Positions 1-8,192 of a stretch of 64,000 bases of DNA are shown piece after piece. A program made the position numbers and the translations under genes. The notes beneath the pieces are model-generated. The model saw only the letters and a list, made by a program, of their open reading frames with translations, had not been told where the DNA came from and did no database searches. Position 1 is the first letter of the stretch. The number at the start of each line of letters is the position of its first letter. Source of the DNA: an uncultured bacterium (GTDB lineage Bacteria; Actinomycetota; Geothermincolia; Geothermincolales; Geothermincolaceae); assembly GCA_963765625.1 (NCBI GenBank), contig CAVXXD010000006.1, positions 371,990 to 435,989 of the forward strand, written 5' to 3'.

Positions 1-642
1 GACGTAGCGGTCGAGGGCTTCCCTGGTTATCTCTTCCTCTTCGCCGGGGAGAAGGTTGAAGTAATGGCCGTTCATCATGGAGCAGTAACCGTACTCCCTG
101 ATGCACTCGTCCATCCATATCCAGGCGTCGCCGTTGCGGCTCTCGTCCACTTCGCCGTAACACTGGTAGGCATACCAGTCCAGGCAGGGGACGCCCAGGA
201 AACGGTAGGCTTCCCCGTTGAGCCCGCAGGCGATGATGGTGCCGGGCGGCAGGGAGGGGAGGTCTTCCTTGCGGAGCTCCACCCCGAATTCGAACTTCAC
301 GCCGGCGTCGACGCATTCTTTGTAAAGAAGGGCGTCGATACTTCCGGGACGGTCGCTCCGCTCGACGTGGTAACTGCCGAAAACCGGAACGGGGAATTTG
401 AAATCGCCGACCCAGAGGTCGATGGACCTCGCCGGCATGAACGCGGGGGCTATATCGATGCCGATGTACTCCGATGTCGCAGCTAAGTCCAGGGGGGTGG
501 TGTGGGTGGAGGGGTTAAACAGGCGCGAGCCGCCCCAGCTCGCTTCGCGGTCTCGCACGACGACGTCGTGACCTTCCCGTGCCAGGTTGCAGGCGGCGAC
601 CATGCCGCTGATCCCCGCGCCGTAGATCAACACCTCGGACAT
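1..642 (-). CDS. FAD/NAD(P)-binding oxidoreductase, N-terminal part (the gene continues past the window start)
   Basis: This gene is not in the ORF track because it runs off the window. The reverse complement of 601-642 reads MSEVLIYGAGISGMVAACNLAREGHDVVVRDRE, which is a GxGxxG Rossmann motif followed by an acidic strand end. The frame stays open to position 1. An AAAGGAG SD lies 6 nt upstream of the ATG at 640-642. Confidence 0.7.
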   Translation of the reverse strand, partial: MSEVLIYGAGISGMVAACNLAREGHDVVVRDREASWGGSRLFNPSTHTTPLDLAATSEYIGIDIAPAFMPARSIDLWVGDFKFPVPVFGSYHVERSDRPGSIDALLYKECVDAGVKFEFGVELRKEDLPSLPPGTIIACGLNGEAYRFLGVPCLDWYAYQCYGEVDESRNGDAWIWMDECIREYGYCSMMNGHYFNLLPGEEEEITREALDRYV

Positions 643-727
643 CCTCGCTCCTTTCACGCACATACAGAGAGGCTTCCCGCATTAAGGTTTTTGTTCCGCT
701 AATTTTACCATCAGTAACGGCAACAGG

Positions 728-1888
728 CTACCGGCGCGACCGCCAGGCATGGAAGCCGTTGCTCAGGGCATTGAAGCCGTATTTCGCCACGTATGCGGGC
801 ATGCTCTCCGTCGGCTTGCGGTAGCCCGGCACTTCCTGCATGGACCGCGCGCCCCTGGTGCAAGCCACGACGCACAACCCGCAGCCGATGCAGCGCTGCG
901 GCCGGTGCTCTATCCACGCAGCCTCTCCCTCCCCCATTAAGACATGGGCGCCCATGGGGCAGGCCTTGACGCAGTCGCCGCACTTCACGCACCTGGCGAT
1001 GTCGTGGCCGGGCATGAAGTGGGGCGGGGCGACCATGCCGGGCTGGCTGAATTCGGAGACGGTGCGCAGGGCGTCGCAGCAGCAGCCGCAGCAGGAGCAG
1101 CAGGCACCGCTAAACTGCCCGCTGTCGTTGTTCATCATCCAGGTGACCAGCCCCTGGCTCTCGGCCTCGGTCTTCATCTCCATGACGTCCCGCCGGCTGA
1201 GCTTCCTCCCGAAGCCCCGGTTGACGACGGCTGGCGCCATCTTCCCCATTACGGTGCAGGTCTCTATGAGCCTGCCGCAGCCATTACCCAGCATCTCCGC
1301 GGAAGTGCGGCACTGGCAGGGCATAACCGCAAAATCATCGTAACGTTCCAGGATGACCTCCAGGCGATCGGAGGGATAGGCCATGGGCAGGGCGTTGATC
1401 ACCTCGCCCACCGGCAGGTAACGGACCGCGTTAATGGGGCGCCGGGCGTAGTCGGCCATGAAACCAGTCTCGTAGAGGGCTTCGTGCAACTCGGCGAAGC
1501 GGCGCTGCCAGGCGGAGGGGGCTTCCTGGGTCGAGGACTGCAGCATCACAAACTCGAAGGCTCCGGGGAGTATGGGCATCATCATGAAGAGATCTCTTCC
1601 GCCTTTATGCATGGACACGATGACGCACTTCTCCTCGGCCAGGCCCTTGAGTAGCCTGGCAGCTTCCTCGGGCGATGTGCCCGAGGCCTTGGCCAGTCCC
1701 GCGGCGGTACGGGGAAGCATGGGTTTCATGTGGCGCACCAGTTCCGCTTCTTCGAGGGTGTACATGTGCTCCACCAGGGAGACGAGTTCGTCGCAGAAGC
1801 GCGGCCCCAGCAGCAGGGGGCTGGTGTAGGTCTTCGCTATGTCAAGGTATGCCTTCGCCATTCCAGGATAGTCGCCGGGTAACGTCAT
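728..1888 (-). CDS. poly-cysteine (CCSCCGCCC) protein with a C-terminal 2x[4Fe-4S] ferredoxin domain
   Basis: The track ORF is 728..1918. The preferred start is the internal ATG at 1888, preceded by AGAAGGAGAAAAACC. Motifs are PCQCR...C...C, ACCSCCGCCC, CVKCGDCVKACP and CIGCGLCVVAC. It is paralogous to 23814..24623 and 24655..25665. Confidence 0.8.
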   Translation of the reverse strand: MTLPGDYPGMAKAYLDIAKTYTSPLLLGPRFCDELVSLVEHMYTLEEAELVRHMKPMLPRTAAGLAKASGTSPEEAARLLKGLAEEKCVIVSMHKGGRDLFMMMPILPGAFEFVMLQSSTQEAPSAWQRRFAELHEALYETGFMADYARRPINAVRYLPVGEVINALPMAYPSDRLEVILERYDDFAVMPCQCRTSAEMLGNGCGRLIETCTVMGKMAPAVVNRGFGRKLSRRDVMEMKTEAESQGLVTWMMNNDSGQFSGACCSCCGCCCDALRTVSEFSQPGMVAPPHFMPGHDIARCVKCGDCVKACPMGAHVLMGEGEAAWIEHRPQRCIGCGLCVVACTRGARSMQEVPGYRKPTESMPAYVAKYGFNALSNGFHAWRSRR

Positions 1889-2110
1889 GGTTTTTCTCCT
1901 TCTAATCAGCTTGGCCAAAACTCTTTCACTAGCTACATTTTACATGCGGCGGTTGACGCGCCATAGCAGGTCGGGTTCGCTATTTAGAGATGTTTGGCTT
2001 TACGAGTATAGCCTCGTTTCTGAAAGCGCCGCTGACAAAAAAGCGGCGGAGGAGCGGAAAGAGGCTAAGTAGAAAAGAGCTGTAAAAAGCATGTAGAGGT
2101 TTCTTTTTTA

Positions 2111-2515
2111 CTACTTGGGCGGTGGTGTATCGCACTTGGGGCATTTCCACCCCTTACCCCGCCTGCCGTAACCGGGAGGGACGTTGTCCCCACAACGGCC
2201 ACAGCGATATTGGCCGGACCCTTCCCTCATGATGTAGCTGCCACCCTCGATGCGCAGGGCCTTGCCGTACACCAACGCTTCGATGACTTTAGCCCGCGAC
2301 TCGGTCAGCATGCGCTGCAGGGTCTGGCGGGATACGCCCATCTCCCCCGCCGCTTTTTCCTGGTACATCCCCTCCAGGTCGACCAGGCGCATGGCCTCCA
2401 GCTCGTCTATGGTGACGTTGACTTCCTCAAGCTCAACCAGGGGTATGCCCCTGGGCTTGTAGTAGTCCGCCTTGGGCGCCTCGCGCACCAGTCTCGGCTT
2501 TACCGGTCTGGCCAA
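2111..2515 (-). CDS. DUF134 (UPF0251) predicted DNA-binding protein with a C-terminal zinc ribbon
   Basis: The sequence MARPVKPRLV..YYKPRGIPLVELEEVNVTIDELEAMRLVDLEG..MGVSRQTLQRML fits the DUF134 pattern. The C-terminus has CGRCG...CPKC. The start is TTG with a GAGGAG SD. Confidence 0.85.
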   Translation of the reverse strand: MARPVKPRLVREAPKADYYKPRGIPLVELEEVNVTIDELEAMRLVDLEGMYQEKAAGEMGVSRQTLQRMLTESRAKVIEALVYGKALRIEGGSYIMREGSGQYRCGRCGDNVPPGYGRRGKGWKCPKCDTPPPK

Positions 2516-2628
2516 ATTGTTTCTCCTCGGTATCTTTTATCAGACTTGAGTACGCGTTTACTTCATCGTAAATGTAATTGTATATGAACCGTTTCCCGTG
2601 CGCCTCAACTGGCGCACCCTTAATGCCC

Positions 2629-2958
2629 TCACCCGTCCGGGTCGACCGTCTCCAGGTAAATCACCTTACCGGAATTCAGGTGCACCTGCCATTTCATTGT
2701 GTGTAGCACCTCTCCCTGGGGGTAATAGGTGGCGGATACCACCATTGTGTTATTGTCTCCCGTCGCTTCCCAGGTTTCGAACATTCCCGGGTTATATGCC
2801 GAACCTGGCTCGTCGAGATATTCTTTTACCAGCTCAATGGCTTTCTGCTTGTTCTTGCTGACACTACTGCTGGTCGTCAGTACGACAACAACAATAGCGA
2901 CCAGGAGGCCTGCGCCGATTACGGCGGCAATTATCCACCTCCGGCTTTTCCGGTCCAT
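2629..2958 (-). CDS. small membrane-anchored hypothetical protein
   Basis: This is a 109-aa ORF with one N-terminal TM helix (WIIAAVIGAGLLVAIVVVVL). Its start abuts the stop of the upstream gene. I recognise no family. Confidence 0.55.
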   Translation of the reverse strand: MDRKSRRWIIAAVIGAGLLVAIVVVVLTTSSSVSKNKQKAIELVKEYLDEPGSAYNPGMFETWEATGDNNTMVVSATYYPQGEVLHTMKWQVHLNSGKVIYLETVDPDG

Positions 2959-2959
2959 A

Positions 2960-3830
2960 TCACACCAACCTTTCCCGTATAACCGACGCCAGTTCGCGCA
3001 GGGGTCTTTCCACTTCGGGCGGCACGTTGCCGATGGGGGGAAGAACCCGCCTGAGTACCTCTACCACTTCGGGGCAGAACGGATATCTCCGCGACAACCT
3101 GAATGCTACGGTCCTCGCACAAACACTTGATCTCATCTGCCACTTCCTTATTGAGGTCGCACTTGTTGATGCAAACCAGGGCGGGAATGGAGAAGTGGGA
3201 AGCCACCTGGAGTATTCTCTCCAGGTCATGGAGACCGGAAAGGGTAGGCTCGGTGACCACCAGGGCCAGGTCCGTCGCCGGTGAGCGAGGCGATGACCGG
3301 GCAGCCGGTGCCTGGAGAGCCGTCCACGATGACCAGTTCTACTTTCTGGTCGATCGCGGCTCACCTGGGCTTCCATGCGCACCTGGGTCACGACCTTGCC
3401 GGAAGCTTCCTCTCCCATGAACAGCTGGCCTTCCACCAGGGGCCCATGGGGAGTTGTCATCCGGGAAATACGAGCTCCGTCGGTCATGTTGAAATCCACC
3501 GCCTCGTCCAGGCAGACCAGTTTGCAGACGCCGCACCCCTCGCAGCTGGTGGGCTCGACGCGGTAGGGCGAATCGGGGATTATCGCGTCGAAGCGGCAGT
3601 GCTCGGCGCAGAGCCCGCACTCCGTACACCTGTCAGGGTCTATCAAAGCCTTGCGTGAGACCTGGACATCAGAGAAGCGCGAGCGCGAGGGGCGGGAAAA
3701 CGATACGCAGGTTGGGCGCCTCTACATCGCAATCCGCCAGCACTAACGGTCCCAGCAGCTGGGCCAGGGCCGCGGATACCGTTGTCTTCCCGGTGCCTCC
3801 CTTGCCGCTGATCACTACCAACTGCCGCAT
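2960..3830 (-). pseudogene. MinD/CooC-type P-loop ATPase with a 2x[4Fe-4S] insert, broken by about 4 frameshifts
   Basis: Homology is spread over 4 reading-frame segments. They are MRQLVVISGKGGTGKTTV..CDVEAPNL (stop at 3669); LIDPDRCTECGLCAEHC..CEGCGVCKLVC..GEEASGKVVTQV; DQKVELVIVDGSPGTGCPVIASLTG; and DLALVVTEPTLSGLHDLERIL..INKCDLN, followed by PFCPEVVEVL. The shifts fall near 3690, 3355, 3265 and 3075. Confidence 0.7.
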
Positions 3831-3831
3831 C

Positions 3832-4693
3832 TCACGCCACCATCCCTTGTACGGTCTCCTGCAGTCGTTGGTAAAGGCCCATGAACATCCCGTGCCAGGC
3901 CGGCCCCTCATCCACCAGGTTGGCGCCGCGGGAATATAAACGGGCAATCTCCTCACTGAAGGGTATGGACATCACGATATCCAGACCTTTCTCCCGGCAG
4001 AATTCTTTCACGCTACTCTCTCCCGGGAAGTCCTTGTTGACCACCACCACGGAACGGACCCCCAACGCCCCGGCCATCTCCACCGCCATGCCCATGTCGT
4101 GCAGGCCGAAGGGGGTAGGTTCAGTGACCATCAGGCAGAGGTCGGCGCCGCGCACGGTGGTCATGGCGGCGCAGCCGGTGCCTGGGCCACAGTCCACGAT
4201 GTTGACCGCTTCGGGGTCCAGGTATTCCTTGAGCCGGCTGATGACCGGAGAGGCCTTGGGCTCGCCGATGTCCAGCAGGCCCCGGACCATCTCCAAGGAC
4301 TCCCCGGTACGGCCGAACTCCAGGACGCCAATGCCTCTCCCTTTCTCGCTTATGGCTTTTTGCGGACACACCAGCTCGCAGGCGCCGCAGCCATGGCACA
4401 ACTCATCGAACAGCATAACCTTCTCCCTGGTCACCGCCAGGGCTCCGTAGGCACAGGCGCGGGCGCAGTCCCCACACAGGTCGCAGAGCTCCACGTCGAT
4501 CTCGGGCATCGGTATCATTACCGCCTCATGCTTATACCATTGCAGGCTCGAGGAAGAGATGGGCATTGGGTTCCTCGACATCGGCATCGAGCAATAGTGT
4601 CTTGATGCCCTCGCGATGCAGGGTCAAGGCCAGGTTGACCGCCACCAGGGTTTTTCCGGTGCCGCCCTTGCCGGCGGCCACAGCTATTACCAA
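3832..4693 (-). pseudogene. second MinD/CooC-type Fe-S ATPase, one frameshift near 4525-4550
   Basis: The N-terminal segment is (TTG)VIAVAAGKGGTGKTLVAVNLAL..LLLDADVEEPNAHLFLEPAMV followed by a stop. The protein continues in track ORF 3832..4587 as PEIDVELCDLCGDCARAC..CHGCGACELVCP..VDCGPGTGC..VTEPTPFGLHD. Confidence 0.7.
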
Positions 4694-5109
4694 GGCCCGC
4701 GCCCCTTTCCGCGGCCGCCGCCACCGCTGCCACTCATGCCGCCTCCCCGCATCCCGGCGTGTGAGGCCGCGGTCGCAGCCGTCGCGGCGGTTAGCCCTCC
4801 CTCTCGGAAGAGGCTGACGGCGGATTCAACTGTGCCGCTGATCCCGGTATAGACAGGGATGCTGCCGCCCGACAGCACTGCCATGGCATTGGGGCCGACG
4901 TTGCCGGTGATGACCGCCGATGCTCCTTTGTCCAACACCGTCTGAGCCGTGCGAATACCCGCTCCCCCGGACGCATTGATATTGTCGTTGGGGACAGCTT
5001 CCCACTCACCTGTGTCGGTGTCGCAGAACACCAGATACTGGCACCGGCCGAACCGCGGGTCCACGATGCTGGTAAGCTCCGTCCCGGTTGAAGATATCGC
5101 TACTTTCAT
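4687..5109 (-). CDS. NifB/NifX-family (dinitrogenase Fe-Mo cofactor biosynthesis-like) domain protein
   Basis: The sequence MKVAISSTG..VDPRFGRCQYLVF..ASGGAGIRTAQTVLDKGASAVITGNVGPNA is the typical NifX/NifB C-terminal domain pattern. The tail is Gly/Arg-rich. Confidence 0.85.
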   Translation of the reverse strand: MKVAISSTGTELTSIVDPRFGRCQYLVFCDTDTGEWEAVPNDNINASGGAGIRTAQTVLDKGASAVITGNVGPNAMAVLSGGSIPVYTGISGTVESAVSLFREGGLTAATAATAASHAGMRGGGMSGSGGGGRGKGRGPW

Positions 5110-5125
5110 CTCATACTCCTTTTCC

Positions 5126-5302
5126 TTACTTCTTCACGGCTTTGCGACGCTCACTCCAGCAACTGGTGCCCAGCAGGCGGGTACCACACCTGGGACACTT
5201 GTGCTGGCAGCAGGGGTCACCTAGGGTGTGCTGCTCGAAATGCCCGCAGGAAGGGCACTGGCATATGGTTCTTCCCGGAGCCCTTCTTCTCGATCTGAAC
5301 AT
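5126..5302 (-). CDS. 58-aa Cys-rich zinc-ribbon protein
   Basis: This ORF is below the track size cutoff. It reads MFRSRRRAPGRTICQCPSCGHFEQHTLGDPCCQHKCPRCGTRLLGTSCWSERRKAVKK, from the ATG at 5300-5302 to the TAA at 5126-5128. It is the first gene of the minus-strand NifX/MinD operon. Similar small CxCPxCG..CPxCG proteins accompany such clusters, from my recollection. Confidence 0.5.
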   Translation of the reverse strand: MFRSRRRAPGRTICQCPSCGHFEQHTLGDPCCQHKCPRCGTRLLGTSCWSERRKAVKK

Positions 5303-5540
5303 CTGCCATACCTCCTTCTGTTACTTTACATATGCTCATTACTATAATAGCCTATATTTATGGCATATGCCTATATCTGTATTACATTTAAATTGACATC
5401 GAAAGGAAAGGTTATGGTTAGAAGGAAGACTTTGCGAAATATCCACATATATTCCGGCCTTATATCGACGCTCTTGGGGGTCTACCTCTGGCTGGAGCCG
5501 AAATGGCGCATGATGAAGAGAAGAGCGGCTGGTGGTTAAG

Positions 5541-5964
5541 ATGGTAACGGAACACGAGCACAAAGTGGCAATCGCCACATCAGACGGAAAGACAATAGAT
5601 AAGCACTTCCGTGCCGCTCCTTCCTTCCTCGTCTTCACGATAAAAGGAGGCAGATTGGACGCCGTCGAGAGAAGGGAGAACCCCCACGCGTCGACCCCGG
5701 CAGACGGGTGAAGGCCGCGCGGAGTGTTTGAGTGTGATAGACGAAGTCCTGGGAGACGTGAAGGTGCTGATCTGCTCGGGCATGGGAGAAAACGCCTATG
5801 TCGGACTCCTCAAGAGGGATATCCTGCCTCTCCTGACAGAAGAGGAACGAGCGGACCGGGCATTAAAAGCGTACCTGCGTGGGACACCTCAAGGAGCACC
5901 CGGAACTGGTCCACGGGGCCTCGCACCAGAAAAAGAGAGAGAGCACAACAGAGAGCCCGCTTGA
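5541..5964 (+). pseudogene. NifB/NifX-family domain protein, one frameshift near 5700
   Basis: From the ATG at 5541 the frame reads MVTEHEHKVAIATSDGKTIDKHFRAAPSFLVFTIKGGRLDAVERRENPH and ends at the TGA at 5709. The family pattern resumes in the +2 frame as GEGRAECLSVIDEVLGDVKVLICSGMGENAY..LKAYLRG (track ORF 5728..5964). Confidence 0.6.
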
Positions 5965-5988
5965 GCGGGGAGAGGATGGCGAATAAAG

Positions 5989-7203
5989 ATGGCGAGTTGC
6001 GGCAGTGATTGTCAGGAGGGCACTTCTCCGTTCACGCAGGCGGATTCACTGAACATCAAGCACAAGATAATGGTATTGAGCGGCAAGGGGGGCGTGGGCA
6101 AGAGCTCGGTCGCCGCCTGTCTGGCCCTGGGGCTGGCCGACCGGGGGTACCAGGTCGGCCTGATGGACGTCGACTTCCATGGGCCCAGTGTCCCGGTCAT
6201 CTTCGGCCTGCGGGGCAAGAGGGTCCAGGGCGACGAGAGCGGCATCCATCCCGTGAGCGTAGGTGAGAATCTCAAGGTCGTCTCCATCGGCTTTTTTCTT
6301 GAAGAACAGGACGACGCGGTGATCTGGAGGGGGCCGATGAAGATGACCGCCATCCGGCAGTTCATCGAAGAGATCCACTGGGGGGACCTGGACTACCTGG
6401 TCATCGACTCGCCGCCCGGCACCGGGGACGAGCCTTTGAGCGTGGTCCAGCTGATCCCGGGGGCCTGGGGGCTAGTGGTCACAACTCCGCAGGAAGTGGC
6501 CGTGGCGGACGTGCGCAAGTCCATCAACTTCTGCCGTTCTACGGGCATGCGCCTCCTCGGCCTGGTGGAGAACATGGGTGGGCTGATCTGCCCGCATTGC
6601 GGAGAAACGGTCCACGTCTTCGGGCAGGGCGGCGCGGAAAGGATCGCCTCCGACATGGGCGTGGAATTGCTGGCGTCCCTGCCCTTGAGCGAGAGCTTCG
6701 GGGAATGGGCCGACCAGGGAAGAGGCAGTTCCGGGTCCTACCGGGAAGCCGGAGACGTCGCGAACATCCTGGACTCGCTGGTCGATAAGGTCGCAGCCAT
6801 GACCGGAGCCGGGGCTGTAGAGACAAGCGCCGGAAAAAGGCTGGAGGCCGTCGGGGATAGCGAAGCCGGGCTTTATGCCGTGCCCACGGAGAACGGGGTC
6901 CTCTGCGCCCACTTCGGGCATTGCGAGGAGTTCACCCTGGTGGAGGCGGGAGCGGGTGGAGAGACGAAGGTGAAGGAAGTGTGTGCCGCGCCGCCTCACG
7001 AGCCTGGCCTGCTGCCGCCCTGGCTGGCCGACAAGGGAGTGAACACCGTGATCGCGGGAGGAATGGGCTCGAGGGCACAGCAGATCTTCGCGGAAAGCGG
7101 CGTCAGGGTGATATGCGGCGCGCCGGCTCTGCCGCCCCTGCAGGTAGTCGAGGACTACTTGGCGGGCAAGCTGCAGCTGGGCTCGAACGTCTGCGACCAT
7201 TGA
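5989..7203 (+). CDS. Mrp/NBP35/ApbC-type Fe-S cluster carrier ATPase fused to a C-terminal NifX-like domain
   Basis: The ATPase motifs are SGKGGVGKSS (deviant Walker A), DSPPGTGDE and CPHCG. The C-terminal roughly 110 aa (AVPTENGVLCAHFGHCEEFTLVE..VIAGGMGSRAQQIF) matches the NifX-like fold pattern. Confidence 0.9.
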   Translation: MASCGSDCQEGTSPFTQADSLNIKHKIMVLSGKGGVGKSSVAACLALGLADRGYQVGLMDVDFHGPSVPVIFGLRGKRVQGDESGIHPVSVGENLKVVSIGFFLEEQDDAVIWRGPMKMTAIRQFIEEIHWGDLDYLVIDSPPGTGDEPLSVVQLIPGAWGLVVTTPQEVAVADVRKSINFCRSTGMRLLGLVENMGGLICPHCGETVHVFGQGGAERIASDMGVELLASLPLSESFGEWADQGRGSSGSYREAGDVANILDSLVDKVAAMTGAGAVETSAGKRLEAVGDSEAGLYAVPTENGVLCAHFGHCEEFTLVEAGAGGETKVKEVCAAPPHEPGLLPPWLADKGVNTVIAGGMGSRAQQIFAESGVRVICGAPALPPLQVVEDYLAGKLQLGSNVCDH

Positions 7204-7236
7204 TTTAGAAATCTACATGATACGGGGTGATTTGTG

Positions 7237-7557
7237 ATGTACCTTATCGGAGCTGACAACTGCAACGGCTGTGGATCCTGTGAGAGTATCTGTCCCATGG
7301 ACGCCATCAGGATGGAAAAAGCCGTGCCTGTAATAGACCAGCAGCGTTGCAGTGAGTGCGGGACCTGTTTCGATGCCTGCACTCAAGGGGCGATATATGA
7401 GATGGGAGAGCCGGCTCGGACCGTGACCTCATCTCAGCCGTGGCCAGGCGGCGGACGTTCCGGTCCCGGAGGTTTACGAACAAGGCCTGGGTCCGCGGAC
7501 TCCTTCCGGCATGACCGGAACGGGAATCTTCACGGCAGCCTTTCCGGTGGTACTTAA
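7237..7557 (+). CDS. 2x[4Fe-4S] ferredoxin (the C-terminus is uncertain)
   Basis: The motifs are CNGCGSCESICP and CSECGTCFDAC. After about residue 65 the frame becomes low complexity, and another frame (7427-7690) looks more protein-like. Confidence 0.65.
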   Translation: MYLIGADNCNGCGSCESICPMDAIRMEKAVPVIDQQRCSECGTCFDACTQGAIYEMGEPARTVTSSQPWPGGGRSGPGGLRTRPGSADSFRHDRNGNLHGSLSGGT

Positions 7558-7729
7558 GCTGGCCGGCGCGGTAGCCGACTACGTCTCGGCGCGGGCAGGC
7601 CAACGCTCAAATGCAAGCAGCGGCACGCTTGCCGGCAAGGGATGCGGGCGGGCGGGCGGCCGTGGCGGGCATCGCCACGGCCGCGGTTAATACGCGGAGG
7701 CGATGGCCCCGTCACGAGAGGTGATCGAG

Positions 7730-8158
7730 ATGAACGAAGAGCTCAGTAAGTACATGGACAACCTGGAAGCTGAAATCAACCAGGGCTACAGCGACAAAGT
7801 GATCGAGCATGCCATGCAGCCGCGCAATGTGGGGGAGCTGCATGACGCCGAAGGCCACGCTGTCTTCCGGGGGCCCTGCGGCGACACTATGGAGATCTGG
7901 TTATGTGTTTCGGGTGACGAAATACGCCAGGCCAACTTCTGGACGGACGGTTGCGGCACCAGCATCGCCTCTGGAAGCATGGTAACAGAGCTGGCCAAGG
8001 GCAAGCTCCTCGAGAAAGCCATGGAGATAGGCCAGGCGGACGTCCTGAAAGCCCTGGACGGTCTGCCAGAAGATAGCCAGCATTGTGCCCTGCTGGCCGC
8101 CACCACCCTGAAGCTTGCCATCAGCGACTACCTTGAAAGAAAATTCAAGCCCTGGTAG
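7730..8158 (+). CDS. IscU/NifU N-terminal-domain Fe-S cluster scaffold
   Basis: The motifs are PRNVGEL..GPCGDTMEIWL..FWTDGCGTSIASGS..HCALLA, giving the three conserved Cys. The track ORF starts at 7703. I prefer the ATG at 7730, which follows GAGAGG. Confidence 0.9.
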   Translation: MNEELSKYMDNLEAEINQGYSDKVIEHAMQPRNVGELHDAEGHAVFRGPCGDTMEIWLCVSGDEIRQANFWTDGCGTSIASGSMVTELAKGKLLEKAMEIGQADVLKALDGLPEDSQHCALLAATTLKLAISDYLERKFKPW

Positions 8159-8192
8159 AGAAATACCAAATTGTCTAGATAAGGAGGATGAG

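Noticed and set aside
1919-2110. Hairpin CGCCGCT-N8-AGCGGCG (about 2028-2050) as a terminator of the DUF134 gene
   Set aside because: The T/A run lies in the loop rather than after the stem in either orientation, so it does not fit an intrinsic terminator. It is left unannotated.
5709-5711. In-frame TGA in the NifX-like gene as a possible selenocysteine codon or programmed recoding site
   Set aside because: Downstream sequence in the same frame has no family similarity, whereas the +2 frame restores the NifX pattern. No SECIS-like hairpin is evident. A simple frameshift explains it better.
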